From the NCBI GenBank assembly GCA_965219455.1, contig OZ244744.1, positions 5,568,001-5,632,000 of the forward strand: 64,000 nucleotides of DNA, read 5' to 3'. Numbering within the stretch: the first letter of the stretch is position 1; each line of letters begins with the position of its first letter. This document shows, one piece after another, positions 20,346 through 31,332 of the stretch. Source of the DNA: Candidatus Latescibacterota bacterium. GTDB taxonomy: Bacteria > Latescibacterota > UBA2968 > GCA-2709665. The position numbers and the translations under genes were made by a program. The notes under the pieces were generated by a model. The model was not told the DNA's origin. It searched no databases and saw nothing but the letters and a program-made list of their open reading frames with translations.

Positions 20346-22661
20346 CGCGCAATCACCGCGCTCCCACACCGATCCGTCAGAAGGGGCGCCCGTATAGCTG
20401 TTGTTCCTGCAATCTCCCACCCACTCCCATACGTTCCCGTGCACGTCGTACATTCCCCACGCGTTCGCCGAAAACGAACCCACAGGCGCCGTCTTCTCAT
20501 TGTCCCACCGACTACCGCACCCGTTGCAATTCGCTCTGTTGTGACCGATCTCATTCCCCCAGTTGTACCTCGTCGTCGTTCCCGCTCGCGCCACGTACTC
20601 CCACTCCGACTCGCTCAGCAGACGATACCTTCCTCCCGTCCTTTCCGACAACCACCGAACGTACAACTGCGCGTCATCCCAACTCACCCCCATCACCGGG
20701 CGGTTCCCACGGCCCCAGCCGCTGTCATTCGGACGATGTCCTCCACAACCCCCAGCAGATACGCACGCGTCCCACTGTGCAAACGTCACTTCATACACCC
20801 CAACCGCGAACCGATAGCCGATCCGCACGCGATGACGCGGACCCTCGTTCTCATAACGCCCCGTCTCCCCGCGCGGAGACCCCATCATGAACGATCCCGA
20901 CGGCACCACCACCATCTCCGGACATTCTGCACAGTCCCTGAATTTTCCGCCTACCGTCCTGCGCAGCCGCTGGGTTTCTCGCGCTGCCGACAGACGGCCT
21001 TCCTTCCCGGACAACACGCCCGCAGATGCATTGACAGAACGCAGCGATTCCACGTACCTGCCCGCGGCATCGAAATCATTCCGACCGAGCGATTCCTCGA
21101 ACTTCCGCTTATATTCCGCGATTTTAGCCTGACGAAGACGTTCTGCCTCCTGTGCGGCCAGCCGCGCCTTCTGCGCCCCCCGCGCCTCCGAAAGGCGACG
21201 CTCCAATCCCGGCAACACCGGCGCGTCGGCCCACACCCCGCGGATCCGCGAGACGTACCCTCCCGCCTTTTCGAAATTCCTGCCTCGCAACGCCGTCCCG
21301 AACTTCATCACGTAACGAGCTACAATGGTGTCCAGGCCCGCCGTCGCCTTTCGATGACCCGGCAACAGTTCCAACACCGCCTGATATTTCTCCCACGCAT
21401 TCGCGCCCGCGGGGCTTGTCAGTCGATCCCGCTCCAGGTCTTCGGCAGCGCCGCGCAACAATTCGGATATTTTTTCATCTCGCTGACGCTTCACCACATC
21501 CTCTGCCGCGGTTTGTCTCGCTATCACGGTTTCCTGCGCGCGGCGACGCTGGTCGGGGACATAGATATATTTATAGTAAGCGTAGCACCCTCCGATCAGA
21601 AGAGCCAACACGCACACGACCACGGCGGCGAACACCGGTCCTTTGCGCTTTTTGGGAGTCGCCGGACGGTCATCGGTGGCCCGATGGCCTGGCGCCGCGG
21701 CCGGCGCTCCCGCCCCTCTGACGCCCCCGCTCGACCGTTCCCCAGTACGTGCAGGCGCCGGCGAAGGCACGTCGTCCGACGTCGCTCCGGATAGCGCAGC
21801 ACGCCAGGCGGCCACGCTCTGCGGCCGGTCCGCCTTATCGACCTTGATCGCCCAATCGATCGCCGCAAGAAGGTCGGCGCCCGCCCGGCCCGCGCATCTC
21901 TCGGACACCGGAATCACCGCATCACCTATCACTCGTTCCGTGGCATCGGCCGGCGCCTCACCGGTCAACGCGCGATAGCACAGAGCGCCCAACGCGTACA
22001 GGTCCGTCCAGGGGCCCTGGTCGCCCTGGGTCGAATACTGCTCGATGGGCGCGTAGCCCGGCGTGATGATCGACGTGACCGATTTGCTCCGCGCGCCGAT
22101 CGCCTGCCGCGCCGCGCCGAAGTCCAGCAACACCGGCGAATTGTCCTCGTCACGGATGATGATATTGCCCGGTTTGATGTCGCGGTGCAGGAAGTCGGCC
22201 CCATGCACTACCTCGAGGCCGTCCAGGATCGGATTCAGGATGGCCTTGAGTTCTTCTTCTTTCAACGTCCATTTACGATCGAGATACGCCGAGAGGGTCT
22301 CCCCCTCGGCGTATTCCATCACGATATACGCCGTGCCGTGCGCCTCGAAGAAACGATGGACTTTGATGATGTGCCGATGGTCGAAGCGGGCCAGCGTGCG
22401 CGCCTCATCCAGGAATCTTTCCAGGCCCCACTCGAAGTCACCCCGGAACTGGCTCGCCTTCGGGGCCACGCTGTTATCGGCCGTGCGCGCAGCGATGTCG
22501 TCCGGGAGGTACTCCTTCACGGCCACGCCCTTGTCCAGGTTATGGTCAAAGCCCAAATACGTCATCCCGAAGCCGCCGAAACCCAGCACCCTCACCAGTT
22601 CGTACTCCTGGAGGCGGTGCCCCTGCGGCAGGGCGTTCAGAGGATGTTCCGCGTCGTTCAT
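20214..22661 (-). CDS. Ser/Thr kinase - TM - stalk - FGE-sulfatase/CLec domain (K4), putative DGR target
   Basis: Kinase motifs HRDIKPGN, DFG, GYAPIEQ; TM; FGE ending RVLRGGSWDSNPRYLRAADRDRDSSGERYYDNGFRIAR. Confidence 0.95.
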   Translation of the reverse strand: MNDAEHPLNALPQGHRLQEYELVRVLGFGGFGMTYLGFDHNLDKGVAVKEYLPDDIAARTADNSVAPKASQFRGDFEWGLERFLDEARTLARFDHRHIIKVHRFFEAHGTAYIVMEYAEGETLSAYLDRKWTLKEEELKAILNPILDGLEVVHGADFLHRDIKPGNIIIRDEDNSPVLLDFGAARQAIGARSKSVTSIITPGYAPIEQYSTQGDQGPWTDLYALGALCYRALTGEAPADATERVIGDAVIPVSERCAGRAGADLLAAIDWAIKVDKADRPQSVAAWRAALSGATSDDVPSPAPARTGERSSGGVRGAGAPAAAPGHRATDDRPATPKKRKGPVFAAVVVCVLALLIGGCYAYYKYIYVPDQRRRAQETVIARQTAAEDVVKRQRDEKISELLRGAAEDLERDRLTSPAGANAWEKYQAVLELLPGHRKATAGLDTIVARYVMKFGTALRGRNFEKAGGYVSRIRGVWADAPVLPGLERRLSEARGAQKARLAAQEAERLRQAKIAEYKRKFEESLGRNDFDAAGRYVESLRSVNASAGVLSGKEGRLSAARETQRLRRTVGGKFRDCAECPEMVVVPSGSFMMGSPRGETGRYENEGPRHRVRIGYRFAVGVYEVTFAQWDACVSAGGCGGHRPNDSGWGRGNRPVMGVSWDDAQLYVRWLSERTGGRYRLLSESEWEYVARAGTTTRYNWGNEIGHNRANCNGCGSRWDNEKTAPVGSFSANAWGMYDVHGNVWEWVGDCRNNSYTGAPSDGSVWERGDCARRVLRGGSWDSNPRYLRAADRDRDSSGERYYDNGFRIARTLNP

Positions 22662-22900
22662 GGTGTTTTCCTCACGTCGTTTTCAATTGCAAAACCCAAC
22701 GAGGGCAGGGATGCCCTCGGTCCCGGGGAGCAGCGGTCAGCGATCAGCAGGAAGCAGACAGCTACAACCGGTTAACGATACGGACATGCGATTTCGTTCA
22801 GCGACGTCTGCGCCAACACGTGGGCAACCACAAGGGTTGCCCCTACAACTACAGAAACGGCGCCACGAGGGCAAGATGCCCTCGGTCCCAGGGGAAACCC
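22662..22900. repeat. kinase leader duplicated upstream of K1, containing REP-like palindromes (GGGCAACCACAAGGGTTGCCCCTAC; GAGGGCAAGATGCCCTC)
   Basis: Matches 5461-5550 joined to 6308-6460. Confidence 0.88.
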
Positions 22901-23074
22901 ACGCGGTCCGGGAGATGTTGCAAAACGCAACAGATGGCGCAATTTGCGACAGTATGGCGCGCACGATGCCGACCATGCCCAACGTTGGCCGGTCAGGGAA
23001 CCGACGGTCTCTTTTTCCTGTCGCGTTTTGTCAGGATGACAACCATACGGCACACTCGCCAGCCTGAGAAGACA

Positions 23075-23170
23075 CGTGATTTGCAATATAAGTATTAATT
23101 TCCATTGATGCAACTATAAGATTTATACGTATTTATCTACTTTTTACGTTTTTATATACTGCCCGACAGG
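23075..23170 (-). promoter_or_regulatory. AT-rich putative promoter region of the kinase locus
   Basis: Sharp AT-rich patch upstream of K4; no specific boxes assigned. Confidence 0.35.
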
Positions 23171-23545
23171 TTTTCCCACGAGATTAGCCATCGTTGTGGC
23201 TGATTGATCTCATCGGCGTTGACTTCAGAGGCATTCAAATGTGTGCTGCGGATACCGGCTGGACGCTATCGTGGAACACAGTGAAAACAGGGTCAGAACG
23301 CAACAAGGGGCTATGTCAACGGACATAACCCCTTGCGTGCAGATATTCGCGGGCGCCCGGATTAGAACCGGTGCCCCGTTCCCGAAACCCCAACACAAAC
23401 TTACAGTTTGTGTTACGACCGTACTGCAATCTGACGGTTGTGTAGCGGCCCCTGTACCGTTTGTATAGCGGCCCCTGTTCTGGTTATGTAGCGGGAGCCG
23501 CTGCGGCAGCAGTGACGTTCCGGTTCCACGGCGGCTCAATCGACG

Positions 23546-25411
23546 CTATTCGAAAATCCACGTGCCGAAGTTCTCGAACTCGACGCCCCGGTTGTAGCGG
23601 GTCTCCGTCCACGTGCTGAACTCGAGCACACGGGTCGTGTTTCGCCGGTGGGTCCATCTGTGCAGGTTGCCCTTGAGCCGTTCGCCAGGTCCGGGCGAAG
23701 CAATCTCCAGCGTCTCCCACGGAATGGCGATTTCAGCCGACCAGGAATCGTCTCCCTTACGCGTAGCGGTCTGATATTCCCCTTTCCAGGTGGAATCCCG
23801 CCCGTAGATCTCCCTCCCGGTGGCGATATCGCTTCCATGTTCCCTCCGTCCCGTGTCGGTCCGCGAGTCCCAGCGCACATTCGCGATATCCAGACGGATA
23901 TGATAGTAGGCCGTTGTCCCCTCGTCGGCGGCGATGACGACCTCCACCTGATCCGCCCTGCCGCCCAGATCGGTAAACAGCGCGGGGTGGGTCTTTTCCA
24001 TCTCGGGTTCATCACAGCAGAATGCCATGTAAAGCGCCGTGTCATCGTAAGTTATAAGCGCCTCGGTAACCGTCTCCAGTTCTTTCACCCGTGCCGCGAC
24101 GTAGTTGACGAAGGGCCCCGACGACCGTGCCTCTTTCCACGCCTCGTCCGTCAGATCCCCATCGATGTCCGGCGGAGAGGTGCGAAGTCGCGAAATCTGC
24201 AACGTCTTTGGCTGAATCGGCCGCTTCTCGGCCCTGATCTTCCCCAGGTGGCCCTTCCTGGCAATCTCGTCCACGTTGAAACCCAGCGGCCTTCCCTGCG
24301 CGACCTTCTCCTTTGCAGACCTGAGGGCGCCTTCCAGATAGCCGGGCAGGTTCCGTCCGGTCCACCAGTCCATGCGCTCGCTGTAGAACCAGACGTACCG
24401 GTCGCTGCTCACGAGCGACCAGTAGGCATTGTGTTCCACCCACAGCGCCCGTTCCTCGGGCGTGACGTAGGTCGCTTCGGTGTGGTTGGCCATGGTGCCG
24501 CACAGATAGTCTGCGTAAACGGCGCGCCCGACCTGGACCTGCCGGCGGTACTTGCCGCGAAGCTCTTCGGGAATCAACGCCTGTCCCGTCTGGCGAATGC
24601 CGTGGTAGGTCCTGAAATAGTGTAGTTCGTTGTTGTAGTAATAGGAGTGCTCGTCCCCGTCCACAATAACGGTCCCGGGACCGGCGGCCTCGAGGATACC
24701 GTTCATAAACGCGGGCAGGAGGCCATAGTAGTCCGACTTGAGAATGGCTTCCCGCCGGATTGGGTCGGTCTCCAGCGCGGCCTCCTGGAACCGGGGCATC
24801 GACGTCCAGAAGAGGGTGAGAATGACCGGATTTGGAAATTCCTCCTCGATCCGGTCCATATACTGCGCGCCCCGTTTCCGCACGATCCGCTCGTACTCGG
24901 CAAAGCTCTTCTCCTCCCGGTGCTTCTGCCACTCATATTTCCACGCGCAATACGGCCGCCCCCAGTAGACGAATTCCGGATCGAAGGCGAGTCCCACGCA
25001 GCCGCCCACCCGCGCGGCCTTCGCGCACCAGCCGATATTGCGCAAAAAGGGGCTGTTCTCACCCCAAAGGGCATCGTCGAACCAGTCCACATTGTCGTCG
25101 CAGTGGAAGTAGATGAAGTTGTCCGTAAACTTCCGCCACTCGATCTTTCCCATCGCTTCGATTTCGGCTTCGGCGTCCGCTTCGGCGAGATCCGCCATGT
25201 AAAACGTATGGCCGAAAGTCGGACGGATCAGGATGCCGTCGAAAGGGCGTTTCTCCATCTCCCGGATATGCTCCGCCACGTAGCTCGGCGGCTTCAGATC
25301 CCACCCCAGCTTGACCAGTTTCTTGGGCACCGTCCGGCCGTATGCCTTTAGCGGCAGGCCGACCAGTACCAGGAACATCAGCGACCATCCGATGACCATC
25401 CACGGTATCAT
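23546..25411 (-). CDS. secreted hypothetical protein, possible glycoside hydrolase-like domain with C-terminal CBM9-like domain
   Basis: Signal peptide; PPDIDGDLTDEAW, YDDTALY, WSAEIAIPW motifs. Confidence 0.7.
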   Translation of the reverse strand: MIPWMVIGWSLMFLVLVGLPLKAYGRTVPKKLVKLGWDLKPPSYVAEHIREMEKRPFDGILIRPTFGHTFYMADLAEADAEAEIEAMGKIEWRKFTDNFIYFHCDDNVDWFDDALWGENSPFLRNIGWCAKAARVGGCVGLAFDPEFVYWGRPYCAWKYEWQKHREEKSFAEYERIVRKRGAQYMDRIEEEFPNPVILTLFWTSMPRFQEAALETDPIRREAILKSDYYGLLPAFMNGILEAAGPGTVIVDGDEHSYYYNNELHYFRTYHGIRQTGQALIPEELRGKYRRQVQVGRAVYADYLCGTMANHTEATYVTPEERALWVEHNAYWSLVSSDRYVWFYSERMDWWTGRNLPGYLEGALRSAKEKVAQGRPLGFNVDEIARKGHLGKIRAEKRPIQPKTLQISRLRTSPPDIDGDLTDEAWKEARSSGPFVNYVAARVKELETVTEALITYDDTALYMAFCCDEPEMEKTHPALFTDLGGRADQVEVVIAADEGTTAYYHIRLDIANVRWDSRTDTGRREHGSDIATGREIYGRDSTWKGEYQTATRKGDDSWSAEIAIPWETLEIASPGPGERLKGNLHRWTHRRNTTRVLEFSTWTETRYNRGVEFENFGTWIFE

Positions 25412-25549
25412 GTCTCGACCCCTTTTCAAAACGCCAACTGTCCGTATGGTGGCCCGGTATCACGCCGTTGCGGGAATCAAATCAAGATGTGGAAAGACAT
25501 TCACGCAACAAGGGTCTACGTCAAATCGACATAAACCCTTGTTTTTTAA

Positions 25550-25626
25550 TGGTCGGGGCGCCCGGATTCGAACCGGGGGCCTCCTGCTCCCGAAGCAGGC
25601 GCTCTACCGGACTGAGCCACGCCCCG
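25550..25626 (-). tRNA. tRNA-Pro(CGG)
   Basis: Cloverleaf; anticodon arm CCTGC-TTCGGGA-GCAGG; GGTTCGAATCC; CCA end. Confidence 0.97.
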
Positions 25627-25776
25627 AATTCGACACCTAAAATACAAGAAACCGTTCCGGTGGCAAGGAAAATCTCCGAAATGCTCAGGCAACGTGCAGC
25701 GAAAAAATCGACGACCGCGCCACCACGAGGGCAAACACGAGGGTTGCCTGTCTGCCGGACGGCAGGCCCCTGCAAT

Positions 25777-26736
25777 TCATCGGCGGCACGCCGATAGCCG
25801 GTTCAGCACGAACACCACCGCGAAACCCATCACGGCCAGTCCGACGGCAGCGGCCAGTTCGCCGTCAATCGTCCGGGGCAGGACGTTCAGCTGTACCAGT
25901 GGTGCGTCCACGGCGAGCGCCGAAATGTTGGCCTTCCAGGGCCAGATCTTCCGCAAAGAACCGGCCATGAACCCTGTCAACGTTGCAACGGTCAGATCGT
26001 GGTGCCGCCTGAAAATCCAGGCCAGAACCCGGGCGACACTCAGAATCCCGATGGCAGCGCCCGCCGTGAACAAGACAATAGGGAAAAGGTCCCGGTTGTT
26101 CAACGCCGTCAGGAGATACTCGTATTTGCCAAGCAGAACCAGAATGAACGAACCTGAGATACCGGGCAGAATCATCGCCGATATGGCAATGACGCCACAG
26201 AGCAGGAGAAACCACGGCGAATCCGGCGTCTTCACCGGCACGAGGCCGACAACAACGTAGAATAGCAATCCCGCCGCGAATACAGCGATCCAGGTCGATC
26301 CGCGCCACGCGACGACCCGTTTCCGTACCACGAAGACGGACGCTACAACCAGTCCGAAGAAGAATGCCCAGATCAGCTCCGGCCTATGGTGGAGCATCCA
26401 CTGAATACCTCGCGCCAGGCTTACGACAGCCAGCAGAATGCCGACAAGCACCGGGCCCAGAAACCGCCACGGAACCCTGTTCAGCGCCTCCCGGAGCCTG
26501 AGAGCAAGCAGCAGGCGGACGAAGCGGCGATCAACGGAACGGATCGAATAGATCAACTCCTCGTAAATACCCGTAACGAAGGCGATCGTCCCACCTGAAA
26601 CGCCCGGAACCACGTCCGCCGCGCCCATACAGACCCCGCGCAGTCCGAGGCCCAAGTAGTACTTCCAGCCCCGCCGCGCGAATGTCGGTTCTGTACCTCC
26701 CACGGTTTCCAGACCTCCTGAATTTACTGAGTTCAA
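25777..26736 (-). CDS. DUF368 family membrane protein
   Basis: MGAADVVPGVSGGTIA and AMILPGISGS motifs. Confidence 0.92.
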   Translation of the reverse strand: MNSVNSGGLETVGGTEPTFARRGWKYYLGLGLRGVCMGAADVVPGVSGGTIAFVTGIYEELIYSIRSVDRRFVRLLLALRLREALNRVPWRFLGPVLVGILLAVVSLARGIQWMLHHRPELIWAFFFGLVVASVFVVRKRVVAWRGSTWIAVFAAGLLFYVVVGLVPVKTPDSPWFLLLCGVIAISAMILPGISGSFILVLLGKYEYLLTALNNRDLFPIVLFTAGAAIGILSVARVLAWIFRRHHDLTVATLTGFMAGSLRKIWPWKANISALAVDAPLVQLNVLPRTIDGELAAAVGLAVMGFAVVFVLNRLSACRR

Positions 26737-26860
26737 CTTTTATTACGTCCGACGGCTTCGAAAACGGGGTGGCCGGTTGCCCTTCAACGCCGGGTGTGAC
26801 ACGACGACTGCCACCTGAAAAACAGGGACTCACGATCCACGTCGTAAGTCCCTGTCTGTA

Positions 26861-26937
26861 TGGTCGGAGCGACTGGATTTGAACCAGCGACCCCTATCAC
26901 CCCAAGATAGTGCGCTACCGGGCTGCGCCACGCTCCG
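26861..26937 (-). tRNA. tRNA-Pro(GGG)
   Basis: Anticodon arm CTATC-TTGGGGT-GATAG; GGTTCAAATCC; CCA end. Confidence 0.96.
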
Positions 26938-27085
26938 ATCTCAACTCGATTCCTGCCGGGGCGAAAATCTAAAGGGTCTTGCCATCGTCGTCAAGGGAAA
27001 TGTTGTACGTGAAGGCCGGGCGGTCCGATCCACCGTGCCGTCCGGATCACGACAAACCTGAAACGCAACGCCATACGAGCGCCTC

Positions 27086-28396
27086 TTATTCAGTCTTATA
27101 ATACAATGAACTATAGTATCGTTCGGCAATGACCTTGCACAGGATATTGACGACGGCCGCGGAGGGTATCGCGATGAGCATTCCGATGAATCCCCAGAAA
27201 TGGGCGCCGACAACCAGCGCAATCATCACCCAGACAGGATGCAGCCCGACGCGTTGCCCCACCACGCGAGGGGACAGGAAATTGCCTTCGATGCCCTGCA
27301 CAACGGCGAATATACCGATAACCTTTATCAGGTTGCCGCCGGGATCCGTGTCGAGTACTGCCACGAGACACGCCAGGCTGAACGCTACCGCCATTCCGAT
27401 GTAGGGAATCAGGTTGAAGAGCCCCGCCATGAGGCCCAGCAAGACGGCGTAGCGGATACCGAATACAAGAAGGCCGGCGGAGGTCAGCAGCGCGATAAAA
27501 CTGCTGACAAGCATCTGCCCGCGCAGGTATTGGCCCAGAACCTCGTCGACTTGCATCAGTAGTTCGCCGACGGGTGCGGCGTGCCGGCGGGGAAGAATCC
27601 GCGCGAGGATCTGTTTGATGCGCTCGTAGTCCTTAATCACATAAAACGTTACAAAAGGGATCATCAGAAAATTCAGAAGGGTGGCCAGTCCAGAACTCAA
27701 CCCATGGAGGGCCGCGGTGGTCTGCACGGCGAAAAGCTCGCCCAGCTTTGGCAATCGTTCCAGGAACAGCTGTTGGATCTCGCCCTTGCGAAGTGTTATC
27801 CCCAGCGACTGCAGCCACAAAAAGAACCGATCGTAGAGATCCTTGAGCGCGGCCGTATAGTTGGGAACCTGACGGCCGAAATCAAGGAGTTCATGGGTCA
27901 CCAACGGAATGACCACAATGCCGATGCCGGACAATGCCCCCAGTATGACGACCACCATCAGGGCGATGGCAATCGTGCGGGACATCCAGCGCTCCATAAG
28001 ACCAACAAGCGGAGACAGCAAGTAGGCCAGCACGAACGAGGTTACGAACGGCCAGAATAACCCTGCCATGTCGCCCATCAGCCAGGCGCCAAACAGCAGA
28101 ACCACCACCACCGCCACTCCCGCTTCAAACCTTACCCCCTTTCGCACCATTATCAGTATGGCGAGCAGCAGGAGACCGATCAGAAACGGAGAAAGATCCT
28201 GGTGAATGACGTAGAGGAAACCTACAAGAAACAAGAGTATCGCCATGCGAAAGAAAGGCCTGTCGCCAGACAAGAAGCCGGACGCGCGATCTTCCGATGC
28301 GGGAGACTGACTTTCCTCATTGCGGTTCAATTCGCCCTCTTTTGACCCCTGTTCGGCCTGTGATTCCGTTCGCATATCGTTGCCCGTAAAGGTCAC
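27086..28396 (-). CDS. AI-2E family transporter
   Basis: LIPYIG, QGIEGNFLSPRVVG..VGLHP motifs. Confidence 0.92.
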   Translation of the reverse strand: MTFTGNDMRTESQAEQGSKEGELNRNEESQSPASEDRASGFLSGDRPFFRMAILLFLVGFLYVIHQDLSPFLIGLLLLAILIMVRKGVRFEAGVAVVVVLLFGAWLMGDMAGLFWPFVTSFVLAYLLSPLVGLMERWMSRTIAIALMVVVILGALSGIGIVVIPLVTHELLDFGRQVPNYTAALKDLYDRFFLWLQSLGITLRKGEIQQLFLERLPKLGELFAVQTTAALHGLSSGLATLLNFLMIPFVTFYVIKDYERIKQILARILPRRHAAPVGELLMQVDEVLGQYLRGQMLVSSFIALLTSAGLLVFGIRYAVLLGLMAGLFNLIPYIGMAVAFSLACLVAVLDTDPGGNLIKVIGIFAVVQGIEGNFLSPRVVGQRVGLHPVWVMIALVVGAHFWGFIGMLIAIPSAAVVNILCKVIAERYYSSLYYKTE

Positions 28397-29244
28397 TATT
28401 CCGCTTCGATCTGCTTTTCATCCTTCGGCAGAACCAGAAACGTCTCTGACTGGCTGTCTACGTTGAATATGCGAAGGTAGCGGGTGTGGCGAAGTCCGTC
28501 CACTTCCCCGATCAACTCCAGGACACCATCGCCGTCTATATCCAGATAGCCCAGACGGTCTCCAAATCCGTCGGCAAAGTACCACTCCATGATCAATGTG
28601 TCGAGGTCCACGACCACACCCGTATTCAATACAACCTCCAGGCCGTAGTCGTCGTCGAAATCCGCGATCACCATGCTCTGGGCGTGAATCGATTCTTTCG
28701 GGATCGCGTCGCTGATACCCTGCTCGTACAGCTCCAGACAGTCGTAAACGTGGATGTACATCTCGCTATGGCCCAAACTCTTGACCAGATAGACGAGTTC
28801 CAGTTGAGGATCATCGTCCACATTCGCAATTTCGACCTGGGTGATATCCTCCTGGATCTGCCATATAAAACTGTAGTCTTCCGCACTGTATAGAACCACA
28901 TGCGTGAACGTGTAGGCGACAATCTCGAATTCTCCGTCCGCATCGACGTCTTTCACAAAAACCCCAAGGATTGCCGATCCCAACGGCTCGCTTTTCCACT
29001 CCTCGAATCCGCGTCCATCGACGTACCTTACAACATGCAGGCTACCCCGCTCGTCTCCGTACACGACCCGCAGGATTGCCTCGTCACCCGACGGCAGGAC
29101 ACGAACCTGAGGCATTTCATCTATACTTCCACCCCAGTGGAAATGCCGGTTGTCGCGTAAAGCGTACCAGTCCGTGTTCCCGGCCTGGGCCGGCATCTGT
29201 GCCGTCAACCAGAACAGCGCGGCTATCCAGAAGTGGCATTGCAT
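28396..29244 (-). CDS. secreted FG-GAP/VCBS-like repeat protein
   Basis: Signal peptide; repeated D-V-D-x-D-G..E-I-V motifs. Confidence 0.7.
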   Translation of the reverse strand: MQCHFWIAALFWLTAQMPAQAGNTDWYALRDNRHFHWGGSIDEMPQVRVLPSGDEAILRVVYGDERGSLHVVRYVDGRGFEEWKSEPLGSAILGVFVKDVDADGEFEIVAYTFTHVVLYSAEDYSFIWQIQEDITQVEIANVDDDPQLELVYLVKSLGHSEMYIHVYDCLELYEQGISDAIPKESIHAQSMVIADFDDDYGLEVVLNTGVVVDLDTLIMEWYFADGFGDRLGYLDIDGDGVLELIGEVDGLRHTRYLRIFNVDSQSETFLVLPKDEKQIEAE

Positions 29245-29246
29245 GC

Positions 29247-30434
29247 CTATCGGTCCTTTAACTCGGACAGAATCGAAAAGATCTCACTGTTCGCCCGGAT
29301 CGCTTGTTCTCCTTCCGGAACGGTACGCTGGTGACACACCAGGCACACCTCCCGGAGTTCCGGTTTATGACAGTTCGTACATTCGTTCACATTGCCGTAC
29401 GGCGCAAAAAACGGCGCCTCGCGTAGATGAAAGGCCTCCGCATCGATGCGTCCCCCCGGGTTCTGGTGAGCAACGGTGCTGGTTACACCTTCTCTTTCGT
29501 GGCAATCCTGGCAGAACGCCCTGAGTTTGTGGCAGGAAGCGCAGTCTGCAATTCTACCGGAGACATCCTCTCCGTGGTTTCCTCGAAAATCCGAGGTGAT
29601 CGAAATGACCTTAATGTATCGCTCGGGCCGTAAACTCTTGTATTCTCCTATCAGATCCGGCGTGCCGTCGTAATTCACGTCCATGTAACCCATGCGGTCG
29701 CATCCGCCGAAGTGCCATTCGAAGTTCAGGGATCTTGCATCGATCACGACGCCGGTATTGATGGCGATTTCGAGGTCAGCGTCTTCGTCCAGGTTCGCGA
29801 TGACCATGCTTTCGCCAATGAGAGTCTGTTCGCCCCTTCTCTCCTCCGCAAGATGTCTGCCGTCGTAGACGAACAATCGGGAGTCCCGCTCTCCGGAAGC
29901 GTCCCCCGCTTCTCCAAGGAAGACCAACTCCAGCTGCGGGTCGCCATCCAGATTTTCGATCGCCATCGTCGAGATCGTCGCATACTCGTCGTCTTTGCTG
30001 CGCCAGATCAACTCATACGTATCCGCATTATAAATCACGATGTCGCCCCAATGCGAATACGCGACAATCTCAAGGATACCGTCTGCATTGACGTCCGCTA
30101 CAAATACCTGTGCCACAGATGATTTGAGGGATTGGCTAACCCAAATCTCCCGGGATCTTCCCTCCGCGAACTCAAGCACGTGCAACAGGCCCTGGCGGTC
30201 TCCGTAGACCATACGCCTGGCGGTGTCGGCTGGATCGGGAATAATCCGAACGGTACGCATTTCAGAAAGGGCACCGCCGAAGGAAACATCCTTGCTCTTC
30301 GCCCATCGGAACCATTCCAGGTCTCCTGCGTGCGCCAGCGTCAGTCCGGCGAACAAACAGGCCAACACCCAGAAACCATTTCGAACGAACAAGCCCCTCA
30401 CGCCGAACCTCCGCTCAGAACAGACTGAGATCAA
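29247..30434 (-). CDS. FG-GAP-like repeat protein with a C-terminal tetraheme cytochrome c module
   Basis: Paralog of 28396-29244; CASCH, CQDCH, CTNCH, CLVCH. Confidence 0.75.
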   Translation of the reverse strand: MISVCSERRFGVRGLFVRNGFWVLACLFAGLTLAHAGDLEWFRWAKSKDVSFGGALSEMRTVRIIPDPADTARRMVYGDRQGLLHVLEFAEGRSREIWVSQSLKSSVAQVFVADVNADGILEIVAYSHWGDIVIYNADTYELIWRSKDDEYATISTMAIENLDGDPQLELVFLGEAGDASGERDSRLFVYDGRHLAEERRGEQTLIGESMVIANLDEDADLEIAINTGVVIDARSLNFEWHFGGCDRMGYMDVNYDGTPDLIGEYKSLRPERYIKVISITSDFRGNHGEDVSGRIADCASCHKLRAFCQDCHEREGVTSTVAHQNPGGRIDAEAFHLREAPFFAPYGNVNECTNCHKPELREVCLVCHQRTVPEGEQAIRANSEIFSILSELKDR

Positions 30435-31320
30435 CGTTGAGATAGCGTTTCGGGTCCTTTTTGATCCCTTCGATCAGGCTGTCCACCGAGGTCACGGTAC
30501 GCCGCAGATCCCGGTACAGCCGTTCGTCGTGAATCAGACGGCCCAGCGTCCCTTCACCTCGACGCAGTTTTCCGCTCACTTCGTTCAGATCGGACAGTGA
30601 GTTCCCGAGCGATTCCAATGCCGTCTCCATATTGCGCGCCACCCCATCCATCCTCTCGGTCGCACGACGAATATTCTCTACAACCTGGCGCACCTCGGGC
30701 CGGTTCTCGCCCAGCATGTTCCTTGCGTCGCGGGCGGCCACGGCCGCTGTATCCAGCACGGCGGCCAGGGTCTCGCGGTTCTCTGAAAGGGTCTGCTTCA
30801 GGTACGCGGCCGAACTATCCATATTCGCCAGCAAGGCCCCGACGTGGGTGAGATTCCTTTCTGCCAGCACCGCTTCCAGGCGCTCCGCCAGCGAACTGGC
30901 ATGGTCTGCCATCTCCTCAATGCCGCCTCCCGACGACCCCTGAAGCGTGTCGTGGTCGGCATAAACCCTTTCGGAGTCGGATCCCACCTGCACGTCGATC
31001 ATTTTGCCCCCCAATAATCCCTCGGACTGCAAAAAAACCCTAGAATACCGGGGAAGGTTTCGAAATTCCGCAAAGCCGATACTTACAAGGGGCAACCCTT
31101 GCGTCAGTTTGATTTCAAGAACCTTGCCAGCCCAAACACCCCGGATGAACACAGGGTCGCCGGGTTGCAACCCGGGTACGCTATCGAAAAAGACATGCAA
31201 CTGATAACCACCGGCCGCCCCTGCGTAATTCTCCGACAACCAGGCCGCTCCCAGGACCGCAATCGCAATCGCCAAAAAAATGACGGCACCCAGAACCATC
31301 TGTTTTTCTCGGCTGATCAT
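30415..31320 (-). CDS. mlaD: MCE/MlaD family protein
   Basis: GLQPGDPVFIRGV..G.V, EGLLGGK; GEGTLGRLI. Confidence 0.88.
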   Translation of the reverse strand: MISREKQMVLGAVIFLAIAIAVLGAAWLSENYAGAAGGYQLHVFFDSVPGLQPGDPVFIRGVWAGKVLEIKLTQGLPLVSIGFAEFRNLPRYSRVFLQSEGLLGGKMIDVQVGSDSERVYADHDTLQGSSGGGIEEMADHASSLAERLEAVLAERNLTHVGALLANMDSSAAYLKQTLSENRETLAAVLDTAAVAARDARNMLGENRPEVRQVVENIRRATERMDGVARNMETALESLGNSLSDLNEVSGKLRRGEGTLGRLIHDERLYRDLRRTVTSVDSLIEGIKKDPKRYLNVDLSLF

Positions 31321-31332
31321 TCGCCACCTACT

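Noticed and set aside
23200-25626. tRNA-Pro(CGG) as the integration site of the kinase region
   Set aside because: No integrase and no duplicated tRNA 3' end were seen; the far boundary could lie outside the window, so it is unsupported here.
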